Shown: positions 42,152-56,616, counted from the stretch's first letter. The stretch: 64,000 nucleotides of DNA from Octopus vulgaris (GCA_951406725.2 OX597823.1:18848001-18912000), one strand, 5' to 3'. The notes: generated by a model from the sequence alone, not told the origin. Program-made: numbers and translations.

Positions 42152-42540
42152 ATATATATAACGTATATATATATATATATATGTAATATATATATGCAAT
42201 ATATATAATGTATATATATATATATATATATATATGTAATATATATATGCAATATATACATATATATATGTATATATATACATATAAGTATATAGATAGA
42301 TAGATAGATACATACATACATACATACATACATACATACATACGTATGTATGTATTTACGTGTATGTGTTTGTCCCCCCCACCATCGCTTCACAACCGAC
42401 GTTGGTGCGTTTACGTCCCCGTAACGTAGCGGTTGGGCAAAAGAAACCGATAGAATAAGAACTAGGCTTACAAAGAATAAGTCCTTGTGCCGATTTTTTC
42501 GACTAAACACCGTGCTCCAGCATGGCCGCAGTAAAAGTTA
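41787..42540 (+). mobile_element. SINE family C with expanded internal TA/TACA microsatellite
   Basis: 5' half 41787-41955, 3' half 42365-42540. Confidence 0.8.
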
Positions 42541-43020
42541 AAGAGAAAAAATAGAAGATAATTATGTAAAACTACACTTTGTCTCTTTGCACCAGGATCT
42601 AGTCCAAGACAGAGCAGAGGCAAAAGAATAATACATCTTTGATTCAATAATGGTTCCAAATTTTGGCCCTGGATCAGTAATTTTTAGGGCAAAGAGTAAA
42701 TTGATTATATCGACGCCAGTACTTGACTGATACTTTATCTTATCGACTTTATATTATGATAAAAGGAAAAGCTGATCTCGGCGAAATTTGAACTGTGGCT
42801 GTAGAGAACCGGAAATAATGCCACGTTAACGACTCTGTCATGTTCGCCGTTTAAGAATGACGGCAGAGGGTTCCATCTCCCGTCCAAACAGAAACTAGAA
42901 GAGCGTTCCGAGAAGTAGTAGACACGTACAAAACTAGACCTTTAGCTTTGCGTCATACACACACACACGCGCGCGCGCGCGCGCGCGCACATACACACGC
43001 ACATATATACATATATACAT

Positions 43021-43244
43021 TAAGGCGGCGAGCTGGCAGAAACGTTAGCACGCTGGGCGAAATGCGTAGCTGTATTTCGCCTGCCGTTACGTTGTGAGTT
43101 CAATTTCCGCCGAGGTCGACTTTGCCTTTCATCCTTTCGGGGTCGATAAATTAAGTACCAGTTACGCACTGGGGTCGACGTAATCCGTTTGTCTGTCCTT
43201 ATTTGTCCCCTCAGTGTGTAGCCCCTTGTGGGTAGTAAAGAAAT
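43021..43244 (+). mobile_element. SINE family A monomer
   Basis: Flanked by duplicated ATATATACATATATACATT. Confidence 0.9.
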
Positions 43245-43427
43245 ATATATACATATATACATTCTTTTATTCTTTTATTTGTTTCAGTCATGTGACTGCG
43301 GCCATGCAGGAGCATAGCCTTTAGTCGAACAAATCGACCACAAGACTTATTCTTTGCAAGCCTAGTCATTTTCTATCGGTCTAGCATATTAAAATCTGAA
43401 GGTTCAGAAAGTTGTATTACATACATT

Positions 43428-43659
43428 TGAGAGGGATGACCACTATGTGGACAACCCTTATGCTAGAAGTAGATCTGCTATGATCTTACCACTAAGAAAT
43501 GTTTTCAAGAAAAATTTAGCAAAACATCAGAACGTACACACAAACGTAAGCTTACGATCTGGTGTTTGCTGAATTTTCTTGAGAACATTTCTTAGTGGTA
43601 AGACCATAGCGGATCTACTTCTAGCATAAGGGTTGTCCACATAGTGGTCACCCCTCTCA
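43428..43659. repeat. ~230-bp near-perfect hairpin
   Basis: TGAGAGGGATGACCACTATGTGGACAACCCTTATGCTAGAAGTAGATC... and its reverse complement. Confidence 0.95.
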
Positions 43660-43839
43660 TATGTATGTATATATATATAAGACGGGCTTCTTTCAGTTTC
43701 CGGCTACCAAATCCACTCACAAGACTTTGGTCGGCCCTAGACTATCGCAGAAGACACAGACACTTGCCCAAAGCGTCATGCAGTCGGTCTGAACACGGAA
43801 TCATGTGGCCGAGAAGCAAACTTCTTACCACACAGCCAC

Positions 43840-43904
<65 letters not shown>

Positions 43905-43979
43905 AAGTACGGACGGTATTTGAGGACACATGCTTTTATTTGTCTAATTTTTATTGAACTTCTATTTCAGAAAATAACA

Positions 43980-45030
43980 ATGACAGGCCGTATGCTTACT
44001 AATGAAATGAAAAGGCATTCTGTGATTGTGGCTTTGAAGGCTAAGCATGGGGATTTATAAATTTCTAGTCTTCTGAAAGTTGCAACATCTTTTGTCCACA
44101 AGATTCAGTGTGAGTGAAAGAAAGAAGATGGAAGCGTATTACCTGTATCAAAACGTAAAAACATTCCAAACGCTCTGATTCTATCAGGACACCTGAATTG
44201 ATTCAGGAAGTTAAGCAAAACATTGAAGACAATCCAGGTAAATCAATGAGGTCAATTCCAAAAAATTTCGTGCGTCAGAAAAGACAACCACAAATGTTGT
44301 GTATAAAGACATCGGATACAAATCTTACGTGATAAGAAGAGGTCAAGTCATGTCAGAAAAAACAAAAGAGAACTCTTTAATCAGATCCAAAAGACTTTTG
44401 TACAAACTTAAAAACCCATCACAAGATGATGTGATTTGATTTTTCTCAGAAGCGAAAAACTTTGACCAGGACCAGAAAACTAACAGAAGAAATAACAGAA
44501 AGCTATGTGCAGACCCTTCTGAGGTTCCAAGTGTAATGCACACAAAATGTCCTGCAAGAATCATGGGTTTGGGTGTTGTTAGCGATGAAGGACATGTGAT
44601 GCCTCCTCACTTTTTTCCACAAGGCCTTAGGGTAAATGTTGCTGCGTATATTGAAGTTCTGGATAAAGTTGTTAAACTTTGTATCAACAGTGCATGCAAT
44701 GGAAGGCCTTATGTTTTTCAACAAGATTCTGCACCATCACACAAGGCTCGAATGACACAAGAATGGATAGCCGACAATTTGCATGATCACATCACCCCCA
44801 ACATTTGGCCTCCTAATTCTCCAGATCTCAGTCCACTTGACTTATCATGTATGGAGAATCATTAAGAAAAATGTCAACGAACACCCCCATAGTACAAAAA
44901 ATTTTTGAAAGCCGCCATATTTCGAGTCATGTCCGATATGAACAAGGCCCACTTAATCCGAGCTTGTAAACGATTTCGACCCCGCGTAGAGGCACTTATT
45001 GGTGCTTATGGTGGTTTTATCAAAAAATTC
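43980..45030 (+). pseudogene. Decayed DD37D (maT-type) Tc1/mariner transposase
   Basis: FSEAKNF (from FSDEK), YVFQQDSAPSH...WPPNSPDLSPLD with 37 residues between the last two Asp; stops and frameshifts; TIRs not found. Confidence 0.9.
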
Positions 45031-45469
45031 AATAGAAATTGCATAATTTCTATTGAATTTTTTGCTACCCTTATATTGATTAATTAATGATCTTTTTACT
45101 AATTCTGAAATTAAATCAGCAGTTTATATTTGCTGCTGATAAGTTGGCGCGATTACGGTAGATTTTGAAAATTTAGAGTATACATTCCCGAGGCATCGAA
45201 GCTGCTGCCTCGTGGAATATTTATTCCTCCTGGCTTCTTTGCCGATGAGACGAGCCATTGGTAAATTAACTTGATTAAATTTAATTTAATTTAATTAGGC
45301 TGGTTTGCCATAAAGTACGTCGAAACAATGCATTGTCCAAAGATGATTAGGGTAAATGTTTTTTTTAATTTCCCTTTGATTTCTGAATTACTACTATTTA
45401 GCGGTTTGAGTTTGGCTGCTCTCTCTGGTGAGTTGAATGGCCTATCAGGACCATTCCTTAATATTGTTG

Positions 45470-45505
<36 letters not shown>

Positions 45506-45932
45506 ACTATACGTACGCACGTACATATGTATGTAAATATATAATTATGTACGCGTATAAAGATATTCTCCATAATGTAGCCATGACAAATTATACATAC
45601 TGCCACTCAAGGCTTCTGTCGTCTGCCGCCGTCCCAGATATCAAAAATACGTACATGTTGAGTAACTGCTGAACGCCAGGACAAACCTGTAACCTATATA
45701 AGAGTGTTGAATAACTAGTTGGGTGTGATAATTCGGCTAGCGAATAAATGCCGAATATAGAACCTGTTTTATGTTATCTTATATTGCATTATGCTATGTT
45801 GCATTATATGATTAATAACTCACTAATATAGTTCGGTGACTATGTAGGACTTATGGCATACTGTCATCTTTATTGAATTAGTTCCGTGATGTATGTTCTT
45901 GTGTACATGTATACCTACATATAAATATAAGT

Positions 45933-46288
45933 GAAGGCGCATGGCTCAGTGGTTAAAGCGTCGAGCTTACGATCGTGAGATTGTGAGCTCGAATTGTGGA
46001 CCGGGCTGCGTGTTGTGTTCTTGAACAAGACACTTTATTTCTCGTTGCTCCAGTTCACTCAGCTGTTGAAATATGTTAAGACTGTTATGTTAAGGCTGAT
46101 ATGTTAAGACTGCCAAGCTGTATTGGCCTTTGCCTTTCCCCTGGATAACATTGGTGGCGTGGAGAGGGGAGGCCGGTATGCATGGGCGACTGCTGGTCTT
46201 CCATAAACAACCTTGCCCGGACCTGTGCCTGGGAGGGTAACTTTCTAGGTGCAATCCAATGGTCTGTGTCGTAACAGAAGTGGGTCTC

Positions 46289-46289
<1 letters not shown>
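45933..46289 (+). mobile_element. SINE family D (tRNA-like head, CORE-like TTCTTGA(A/G)CAAGACACTT)
   Basis: TGGCTCAGTGG A-box; homologous to 63598-63930. Confidence 0.85.
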
Positions 46290-46353
<64 letters not shown>

Positions 46354-46466
46354 AATAATAAGGGTGAAAATTGGATATTAATTTCATTAATTTCATTAAT
46401 CAATGGCCTAGCATATTGAAAAATCTGAAGATTCAGAAAAATTATATTACATACATTTATATATGC

Positions 46467-46559
<93 letters not shown>

Positions 46560-46838
46560 CATACATACATACATACATACATACATACATACATACATAC
46601 ATACATACATACATACATACATACATACATAAATACATACATATATACATACATAAATACATACATACATACATACATACATACATACATACATACATAC
46701 ATACATACATACATACATACATACATACATACATACACATACATTATGTAGAACACTGGAAGAAAGCGGAAAATAAATTTTTAAGAAGTAACACTGAAAG
46801 AAATTCGGAGCGAATGAAAAAGTGTGTGTGTGTGTGTG

Positions 46839-46912
<74 letters not shown>

Positions 46913-47174
46913 GTGTGTGTGTGTGTGTGACAGGAAAGGAGTGCAGAGAAAGAGAGAGAAATTTCACTCTCCCACCCCACCCCACCCCTTTCCCCCCATA
47001 TATGGTATATGGGTTTCATCTGAAAGAGTCAACGAAGCAAAAAACTATGACTAGATAAGCACGTACATAAAGACAGAATTATCGCAAAACAAATATCACA
47101 AAATACCACACAAACAGGCATTTTAAGTCAGAAGAGAAGACAAACAAAAAGAACCAAATCAAAGAAAACAAAAA

Positions 47175-47470
47175 TCATGGTGTTGGTGGTTGTGGTGTTG
47201 GTGGTGGTGGTGGTGGCAGCGGGGATGGTGACGGCGGTGACTGTGGTGGAGGAGGTCGTGGTGGTGGTGATGGTAGTGGTCTGGTAATGGTAGGTGGTGG
47301 TGGTAGTGGTGGTGGTTGTGGTGGTCGTTGTGGTGGTGGTGGTTGTGGTGGTAGTGGTGGTGGTGCTATCATTGGTGGTAGCATTGGTGGCGGCATGGTG
47401 TCGTGGGTGATGATGGTAATAATAATACTGCTACTACTACTACTTCTAATAATAATAATAATAATAATAA

Positions 47471-47512
<42 letters not shown>

Positions 47513-47607
47513 GAAGAAGAAGAAGAAGAAGAAGAAGAAGAAGAAGAAGAAGAAGAAGAAGAAGAAGAAGAAGAAGAAGAAGAAGAAGAAGAAGAAGAAG
47601 AAGAAGA
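47175..47607. repeat. (GGT)n-(TAA)n-(GAA)n compound microsatellite
   Basis: Direct. Confidence 0.95.
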
Positions 47608-48909
47608 GTGGCGGTGTTGTGAACGCGGGAAAATAAAAGGTCAAATCCTCCATCCAATTCATCCATAATTTTTCCTATAAACGTGTCTTAAACCTTGTCA
47701 CAACTCCACTGGAAAGGAAAAACCTATCATTATATTCGTATTGATTTCTGTTAGCTGAACACAAGACAGCATTTTTTTAATACTTTGGTGGTGGTGTCGA
47801 CGATGACGATGACGATGCCGACGGTGGTGTGAGCTGCAGCAGCGAAGATGGAGGACGGTTCATTGAATCAATTCGGGAGTATTATAGATATGTATGTTGT
47901 TTTCTAACCACAGTGGCGGGGAGTAATTTTTTTTGTTTTTTAGATATAGCGATTCGGAAGAGATTTGAACTTAGATAAATGTATTACTTTACTTACGTTG
48001 TTTAATGATTCTATAATATTTCGGGAAATATTCCCCTTTGCAAATAGAAGAAAGAAAAGAAAGAGTGTAGAGAAATGTGTTGTTACCGGCAGGCTATTCA
48101 AGTGTGTTGTGAATGTCATTAAATCATTTAAACCGGATATTTCAGGCATTCTACCAGGTCCTATATCAGCTTGATACTCTCCGCCCTTTTGGCTCACAAA
48201 ATGATTTGAAACCAGTGTGTTAGTCTCTTTGTAGTTGTTCGGCCTTTCTAGAAATATCAAACCAAATGTTCCTCGAAATCACACTCTACTGTTTAAAAGA
48301 GACTCTATTCTTACATACCTGAAGAAAGATGGAGTGATCACATTTGGAATGCTTTTGAAAATAGGCTTTCTCGATCAGACAACATAAAGTGAAGCAAAAA
48401 AATACCACGAAACAGTTTCATTGGCATTCTTCCAATTCTACCATCTACTGCTTTTGGCTCTCAATCAATTCTTCCATCTACTGCTCTTAGTTCTTGACCA
48501 ATTCAACCATTAACTACCTTTCGCTCTCTACCAATTCTTGCATCCACTTAAAATATGAATTAAGGAATTCTAATATAGCTACAGTGTCACAGATTGAAAT
48601 GAAGACAGGGAACGTCGTTTTAATCATTCTTCAAAACGTTTCAATGGGTTTAGGAAATCAGTTAAGATTGACTGAATAACTAAAGTATAGTTTTGAGTCA
48701 ACAGTTTTGCAGTATTTTGGTAACTATTTGCTTCATTCGTCAAGTTAAAACAAAAGCATCCTAGCATTCAAAAATATGTCTTAGCATTCAAAAAATAATT
48801 CTAACATTCAAAAAAGCATCCTAGCATTCCATAAAGCATCTTAGCAGCTGGTCTTAGTGTGTTTACGTCCCTGTAACCTACCGGTTCAACAAACGAAAAA
48901 GTACATAAC

Positions 48910-48957
<48 letters not shown>

Positions 48958-49155
48958 TACACTGGGGTCAATTTGTTCAACTAAAACCCTTCAGTGTGGT
49001 GCCCCAGTATGGGCGCAGTCCTATGAATGAAACAAGCAAAGCATAAAAGACGTGCGCACTTGCAAATGAGTGGTCTCTGTTTAAGGCAGGTACACTCAAA
49101 GAGCCAGGTGGGGATGTTAACCTGGGTGACATTTTTTTACGCCTTCCCCTTAAAT

Positions 49156-50383
49156 CAGGGGTACTCAACCTTGTTTTATCTATGGACCCCTTTGATTACT
49201 ATTTTATTCTGGTGGACCCCCTCACCATTTGATGCTTAAAAACTAGCTTTATAGAAACTTCTTCCCAAATTCTTATTTTGTTATTCAGAAATTGACTTGT
49301 AAGTTGTCTGATCAATAAGTATCCGGATTGTTGCCATAGTAACGAAGCTAAAGCACATACAGTAAAGTCGCTTGACACAGATTGACCTTGAACTCTGCTG
49401 TGTTTGTGCACAAGGTTTTAACGTTTTAACTCACTTTCGCTGTTTATAACAGTGCTTGGAAGGAACGTGTGTAGCATGTGATTGTCGCATTGACCATAAC
49501 AGAAAGAGTTGAGCAGAGAATCTGCGTCAAATTTTGCCAAAAGTTTGGCGTTATCTGCTCAGAGGCCTACGCCAAGTTTTCAAAAAGTTTTCATCCTTCT
49601 CGACACAAACAAGGAGATCTTCTACAACTGACACCCGAGTGTCTTTTTGATCAGCTGAAAGCAATTTTGGCGCAAACTTGACAGACGAGTATCTCAAACC
49701 CAAATCTTCAGTGATAATGAACTGAACCGTAACTAATCTGCATATCTTTTGATAACTCACGGATGGTGATTCGACGAGTTCCCCTCACAGTTGCACGCGC
49801 ATCTGCGATGTTTTTTCAGTTCTGCTGGTTGCGGGTCTCCCAGAACATTCGTCAATATCGATATCTTTTCGGCCATCTTGGAAACGTCTGAACCACTCGT
49901 ACACTTGTGTGCGGCTCATACACTCCTCTCGATACACTTCCTGCGACTTTGCGTAGGCCTCTAAGCAGGTAACACCATGTCAACTTTCTCTGTCATGGTC
50001 AATGCAACAATCATACGTCACACACCTTCTTTCCAAACACTGCTGTAAACTAGAAGTGAACTAGAGCATTAAAACTTAGTACGCATGCATAGCAGCGTTC
50101 AAGGTCAATTTGTGCCAAGCGGCTTTACTCTGCGTGCTTTAGCTTCGTTACTATGGCAATAGTCCGGATACTTATTGATAAGATCTCTTATAGGTTGAAC
50201 TATGTTAAAATGTTAGATAGAAACCCATCTGCTTCTCGCAATACATACATCTCAAGCAAAAATGTTTTAACCCCGCCCTTAAGATAGCATTGTGGATCCT
50301 CAATTTACTATGTCGTTATGTGGACGCCCAAAAATCTGATATGGACCCTAAGGGGCCATGTGGAACTCGTTTGAGAATCACTG
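49156..50383. mobile_element. hAT (Charlie-like) MITE hosting a mariner
   Basis: CAGGGGTACTCAAC ... TTTGAGAATCACTG termini, GGACCC subterminal motifs, flanks CCTTAAAT/TTTTAAAT. Confidence 0.7.
49302..50188 (-). mobile_element. mariner derivative with two 5' ends
   Basis: TA-flanked; TIR ATCAATAAGTATCCGGA; minus strand VYEWFRRFQDGR...SGRP...VKFAPKLLSADQK...DENFLK; plus-strand duplicate EQRICVKFCQK. Confidence 0.85.
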
Positions 50384-50443
50384 TTTTAAATCACGCTGAG
50401 GTTCTTTTTTAATTATCTTCCGATGAGGTGATAAAATAAAGTA

Positions 50444-51186
50444 TTCGGTTGAGGAAAAGGCTCGTGCGCCGAACTTGTGCCGATTAATCGCGCCTTCAAC
50501 GGTGAACTTTACTGCGAGGAACTTGATCGAGTCTATGATGCGCTAGTTGAAAAGTACCCGAGACTTGTTCGTTGAAAACGCGCTTTTTTTCAACAAAACA
50601 ATGTAAAGCCGCACACCTCCAGAAAGACCAGCAACAAAATTGAAGAATTGGACGGTGTGGAAGTTCTGTCACATCCAGCCTAAAGTCCAGACGTTGCTCC
50701 ATCTGACTACAGCAGTGGTTTTCAACCAGGGTTCCGCCAGTACAGTCCAGGGGTTCCGCAAGAAGTTACAAAACTGCTAAAATCGGCAGTAATTTGTAAT
50801 TCTCCTGTGCAGATATGTGTGCAAAAGACTATTAAATTATTGCACAGGGGTTCCTCGAGCCAGTGGAATGTTTCCTTGGGGTTCCGCTCCAGCAAAAAGT
50901 TTGAAAAGCATTGGACTACAGCCTCTTCCGATCAATGCAGCACTTTGTGAAAGGTCACCGATTTGAGTCATTCGATGAAGTTGAAGAAGCTTGTCAAGAG
51001 TTTTTTGATTCAAAGCCAAAGGATTGGTACTTTGACCAAATCCGAAAGATTGCAGATCGTTGGCAGAAAGTCGTGGAAAATGATGGTCTTTATTTAGAAG
51101 AATAGTTGTTGTTGGTTTTGAATAAATTCTTGCATAAAAAAAAAATCATTATTTAACACGGCGCACGAACTTTTTCCTCAACCTGG
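50444..51186 (+). mobile_element. Deleted mariner retaining the catalytic C-terminus
   Basis: TIR GGTTGAGGAAAA(G/A)G(C/T)TCGTGCGCCG, TA TSD; EVLSHPA*SPDVAPSDY|SLFRSMQH...RWQKVVENDGLY. Confidence 0.9.
50713..50913. mobile_element. 201-bp hAT MITE
   Basis: CAGTGGTTTTCAA...TTGAAAAGCATTG with perfect 8-bp TSD GACTACAG. Confidence 0.95.
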
Positions 51187-51560
51187 TATTTGTCATACAG
51201 CAGAGAACTACTAAATTGTCTGTGCTTTCTTCTAACCCCTTAATTTCTAATCTTGTGTCAAACACAGAAATCAATATTGTGTTACAATTAATTTGAAAAG
51301 CCGAAAACAAAAGTCATTTAAGTAAACAACATCAAATGTATAACAGAGTGTCTCTGTATAAGGTTAAGTTGACTTACAAGGTTTCATTGGGAAAAGCATG
51401 CGTACATGTGTGTCAGTGTGTATAGGCCTAAGTGTCTGTATGCATGCGTGTTTGTGCGTGTAATCATATATACATACATATATATATAATATACCCATCG
51501 CACCCTGTTTATAATCATATATACATACATACATACATACATACATACATAAATACATAC

Positions 51561-51625
<65 letters not shown>

Positions 51626-51668
51626 CACACGCATATATTCACTCACACTGATACAAACATATACATAC

Positions 51669-51720
<52 letters not shown>

Positions 51721-51943
51721 ACACGCATATATTCACTCACACTGATACAAACATATACATAGATACGCATATATATATATATATATTGAATATATGTGTA
51801 TGGATAGGTGTGCATATCTGTGTATACATACACACACAAATACACGTTCATGTACGTATGTCAGTATGTATGTTATGTTTGTATGTATATTTAAAGCATA
51901 GAACGCGAGTGCACGTATAAAAATGCTGCATGCACATACATAT

Positions 51944-51975
<32 letters not shown>

Positions 51976-52836
51976 CAGACAGACAGACAGACAGAGACAG
52001 AGACAGACAAACAGACAGAGAGACAAACAGACAGACAGTGTTAATGTCACATATCGAAGCTTGCACATCCGCGATTATTAATTTCATATCCACCACCACC
52101 ACCATCATCACCACCACACTCATTACCACCACCACTGCCACCATGGTCACCACCACCGCCACCTCCACCACCATCACCGCCGCCGCCGCCACCACCATTG
52201 CCATCAACATCCTACCACTATCACCACTACTACTACCACCACCACCACCACCACACCACTACTTCCTCTACTACATCTACTGTCACCCTCCCCTACGACT
52301 ACAACTGACATCACCACCACCACCACCACTGCTACATCTACCCCACCCATCTCCCCAAATGTACAACAGGGACACCAACTCCCAATTAACAGCCAAATTA
52401 CACCTCGGTTATCTGCTACCGTTACCTCAGCCAGCTTTACTAACACTAGGACCCACTATGAAGTCGCTCGATCCGCTAATAATTGCAGCCAAATCACCCT
52501 CGTATCACACTCTACGTTCTTGAGAAAGAAAAGGAACGACTTATTGAATAGAGCATGGCTGAAAATAGACGACATGGTCAGGGATGGGTTGTCTTTGGAT
52601 CAGAAATAACCTCTGGTTAAACAACTGCCTCTGTTGTTATCATTCCCAACAAGCCCCACATCACATGGGACTCTCTACGATTTTGATGGACCTACTACAA
52701 ATAAGGGTCAAATTTTTCCTCAGATTATACTAGAGAGCTTAAACTAAACATTGTTGGAAACACTGGATATCATACTCTTAGATGCCCACGGGCTACTAAC
52801 CCCAAGATTCCGAGTTCGATTCCAGGCAGTGACCTC

Positions 52837-53028
<192 letters not shown>

Positions 53029-53075
53029 TCGAAAACTACCTTAGGAATGAGAACCCAGGTTCAAAATTTCCCAAT

Positions 53076-53119
53076 ACACCTGTTGAAGGCCGGAGGATAT
53101 ATCAGCCGAAACGTTGTGT
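53076..53119 (+). ncRNA. Minimal type I hammerhead motif (core CUGUUGA)
   Basis: ACAC-CTGTTGA-A-GGCCG(loop)CAGCC-GAAA-CGT-T-GTGT; one stem II mismatch. Confidence 0.65.
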
Positions 53120-53339
53120 TAACAACAAACAAGATGAGGACAGATATCCGTCAAATGTAAATAATGAAAATAATTCCTTATCTCTTAAATATAGAACTGT
53201 ATTAGATACATAATGCCTGAAGGCGAGGTGGCCATGTCTTGAGTCCTTTTGATCATAGACCTGCTTGACAAACGCTGATCTTGCGGGGGCGGAGTTAAAC
53301 ATCAAAACTAGGACCATATATCATTATCCCTCTCACATC

Positions 53340-53765
53340 TAAGGTGGCGAGCTGGTAGAATCGTTAGCACACCTGGCGAAATGCTTAGCGGTATTTCGTC
53401 TGCCGCTACGTTCTGAGTTCAAAATCCACCGAGGTCGACTTTGCCTTTCATCCTTTCGAGGTCGATAAATTAAGTACCAATTGCGTACAGGTGTCAGATC
53501 TAATCAATTTGGGGTTGATAAATTAAGTACCAGTTGCATACTGGGGTCGAAGTAATCGATTTGGTGTCGATAAATTAAGTACAAGTTGCGTACTGGGTTC
53601 GAAGTAATCGATTCGGTGTCGATAAATTAAGTACCAGTTACGTACTGAGGTCGAACTAATCGATTCGGGGTTGATAAATTAAGTACCAGTTGCGTACTGA
53701 GGTGGATTTAATTGACTGGTCCCTTCCGCAAAATTTCAAGCCTTGTACCTCTAGCTTGTAGAAAG
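53340..53765 (+). mobile_element. SINE family A with about 5 tandem copies of a ~51-bp core segment
   Basis: Repeated GATAAATTAAGTACCAGTTGCGTACTG...TAATCGATT. Confidence 0.85.
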
Positions 53766-54139
53766 GGTTATCAGTGTCACAATCACCATCGCCACAACCA
53801 CCGACATCACCACCACCGCTATCATCATCACCGCCACCGCCGCGTCTTGCTAGCGTTATGCAACCTTGACCTACCAGAAATAGAAGCTAAATAGCATTCG
53901 AATCACACCTGACCATGTTACAAACAGGACACATTGAATAGCTTGAAGCTTGCGGTTACCGGCACTTTAGGAAAATGGTGGGATGGTCACGACTGACATA
54001 CTCTTTATTCATAGGCTTGATCATTCACAGCTGACCTGGGGTTAAATAGCTATAAGAACCACTATAACAGAAACAATACTTCTACTATTACTACTGCTGC
54101 GGCTGCTGCTTCTCAGATCACCGACATTTTCGCGTAATC

Positions 54140-54800
54140 CCACCATAACCATCATCACCACCACCACCACCACCATCATCATCATCACCACCACCACCAC
54201 CCTACCACCATCACCATCATCATCACCACCACCACCCCACCACCATCAGCATCATCATCACCACCACCACCACCCCACCACCATCACCATCATCATCACC
54301 ACCACCACCACCCCACCACCATCATCATCATCACCACCACCACTACCACCACCACCACCATCACCATCATCACTACCACAATCATTACCACCACCACTAT
54401 CACCATGATCACCATCACCACCGCCACCGCCATCATCATCAATACCACCATCACCACCACCACCACCACCACCACCACCATCATCATTATCACTACCAAC
54501 ACTACCACCACCACCATCACCACGACTACCACCACCATCATAACCACCATCATCACCACCACCACCATTACCACCACCATCAGCACCACCATTACTACAA
54601 CAATCATTACCACCACCACCACCACCACCATCACCACCATCACCACTACTACCATCACCACCACCATCACCATCACCGCCACCATCTACACTACTACCAC
54701 CACCATCATAACCATCATCACCACCACCACCACCACCACCATCACCACTACTACCACCACTATCATCACCACCGCCATCATCACCATCAATCACCGCCAA
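54140..54800. repeat. (CAC/CAT)n degenerate microsatellite
   Basis: Direct. Confidence 0.95.
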
Positions 54801-55092
54801 TACCATCACAATACGCGACCTTGTCACATTAACTCCTCCACCCGCCGACCAGCAGCTTCCCTACCACCAACACCTCCGCCACCATCCCCCAAACCACATC
54901 CACAAGGAAAAGAAAATATTGGGAAAATAACGATATTGTTGTTGTTGCTGTTGTTTCTATTGTGGCTTTTATTTTTCATACAGAATCTCTGGAATGTCAC
55001 CATATATAACATGATATATATATATGTGTGTGTGTGTGCATCTATGTATGTATGCATATGTATATGTATATACACGCATATATACACGCATA

Positions 55093-55137
<45 letters not shown>

Positions 55138-55209
55138 CAGTAATATTTACTTCTGTTCATACAGCGTTCTTATATATGTAACTATATACATATATATATA
55201 TAAACATGC

Positions 55210-55241
<32 letters not shown>

Positions 55242-55461
55242 GTACATATATACGTACATATACAACATGCATATGTACGTACATTCATCCATCCATCCAT
55301 ACATACATGCATACATACATACATACATACATACATACATACATACATACATACGTACATACATACATACATACATATACATACATAGTATATTCCCTGA
55401 TAACTTGTACTTCCTGCAGCGTGCATTTAGAAGCCTTGCTGACAGTGCCCTTGGCTCTCCA

Positions 55462-55463
<2 letters not shown>

Positions 55464-55529
<66 letters not shown>

Positions 55530-55538
55530 GTCTGTCTG

Positions 55539-55583
<45 letters not shown>

Positions 55584-55829
55584 TTATCTATCTATTTATT
55601 TATCTACCTATCTATCTATTTATCTGTCTACTTATCTATTTCTCTAGTTATCTATCTCTATACCAATCTATCTATCTCTCTCTCTCTCTCTCTCAGTCTA
55701 TCTATCTATTTATCTATCTATCTATTTATCTATCTATCTATATATCTATCTATCCGACTATCTAGCTATCTATCCCTCTTAATTATCTATCTATCTATCT
55801 ATCTACCTACCTACATACATACATACCTA

Positions 55830-55880
<51 letters not shown>

Positions 55881-56015
55881 ACTAAGCATCTATCTATCTA
55901 TCTATTATCTATCTATCTATCAAGCTTTCTATTTATTTATCCCTCTTAATTATCTCTCTTTCTATCTCTCTATTTTTTTATGTATGTATCTACCTGTCTA
56001 TCTTTCTTTCTTTCC

Positions 56016-56051
<36 letters not shown>

Positions 56052-56090
56052 GTCTATCTATCTATCTATCATCTATTTATCTCTTTATCT
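55464..56090. repeat. (TATC)n degenerate array
   Basis: Direct. Confidence 0.9.
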
Positions 56091-56527
56091 CTCTATCAGC
56101 TTGTCTGTTTGTATGTATATATGTTTATACATACATATGTATGTGTGTATATACGTCGGCATGTACGTAAGGAAATACAGGTGCATGTGTGTGCATATGG
56201 TTATGTATAAATATGCATTAAATTATATATCCATGTGTGTGTGTGTGTGTGTTTGTATGTGTGTGCGTGCATGTGTGTTTTTATGTATGTATGCATTTGA
56301 ACACTGAATATAAGTGTATGTTCCTTTTATTGACTAAAAAAACCGCTAATTAAAAGTAATGATGGTGATGGTGATGGTAGTGCTATAGGTGACACTGGGT
56401 ATTGTTGTGGTTGTTGCTGTTGTTGTTGCTGCTTCGGTGGTGGTGGTGGTGGTGGTGGTTGTGGCGGTGGCGGTGGTGGTGGCGGTGATGGTGGTGGTGG
56501 TGGTGATGGTGGTGGTGCTGGTGGTGG

Positions 56528-56558
<31 letters not shown>

Positions 56559-56585
56559 GGTGGTGGTGGTGGTGGGTGGTGGTGG

Positions 56586-56616
<31 letters not shown>

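Noticed and set aside
45120-45475. Penelope RT fragment on the minus strand
   Set aside because: Only a vague motif resemblance; needs an HMM search
48750-48845. ~21-bp repeat AAAAGCATCCTAGCATTC x5 as iteron-like sites
   Set aside because: Ordinary short degenerate minisatellite with no supporting context
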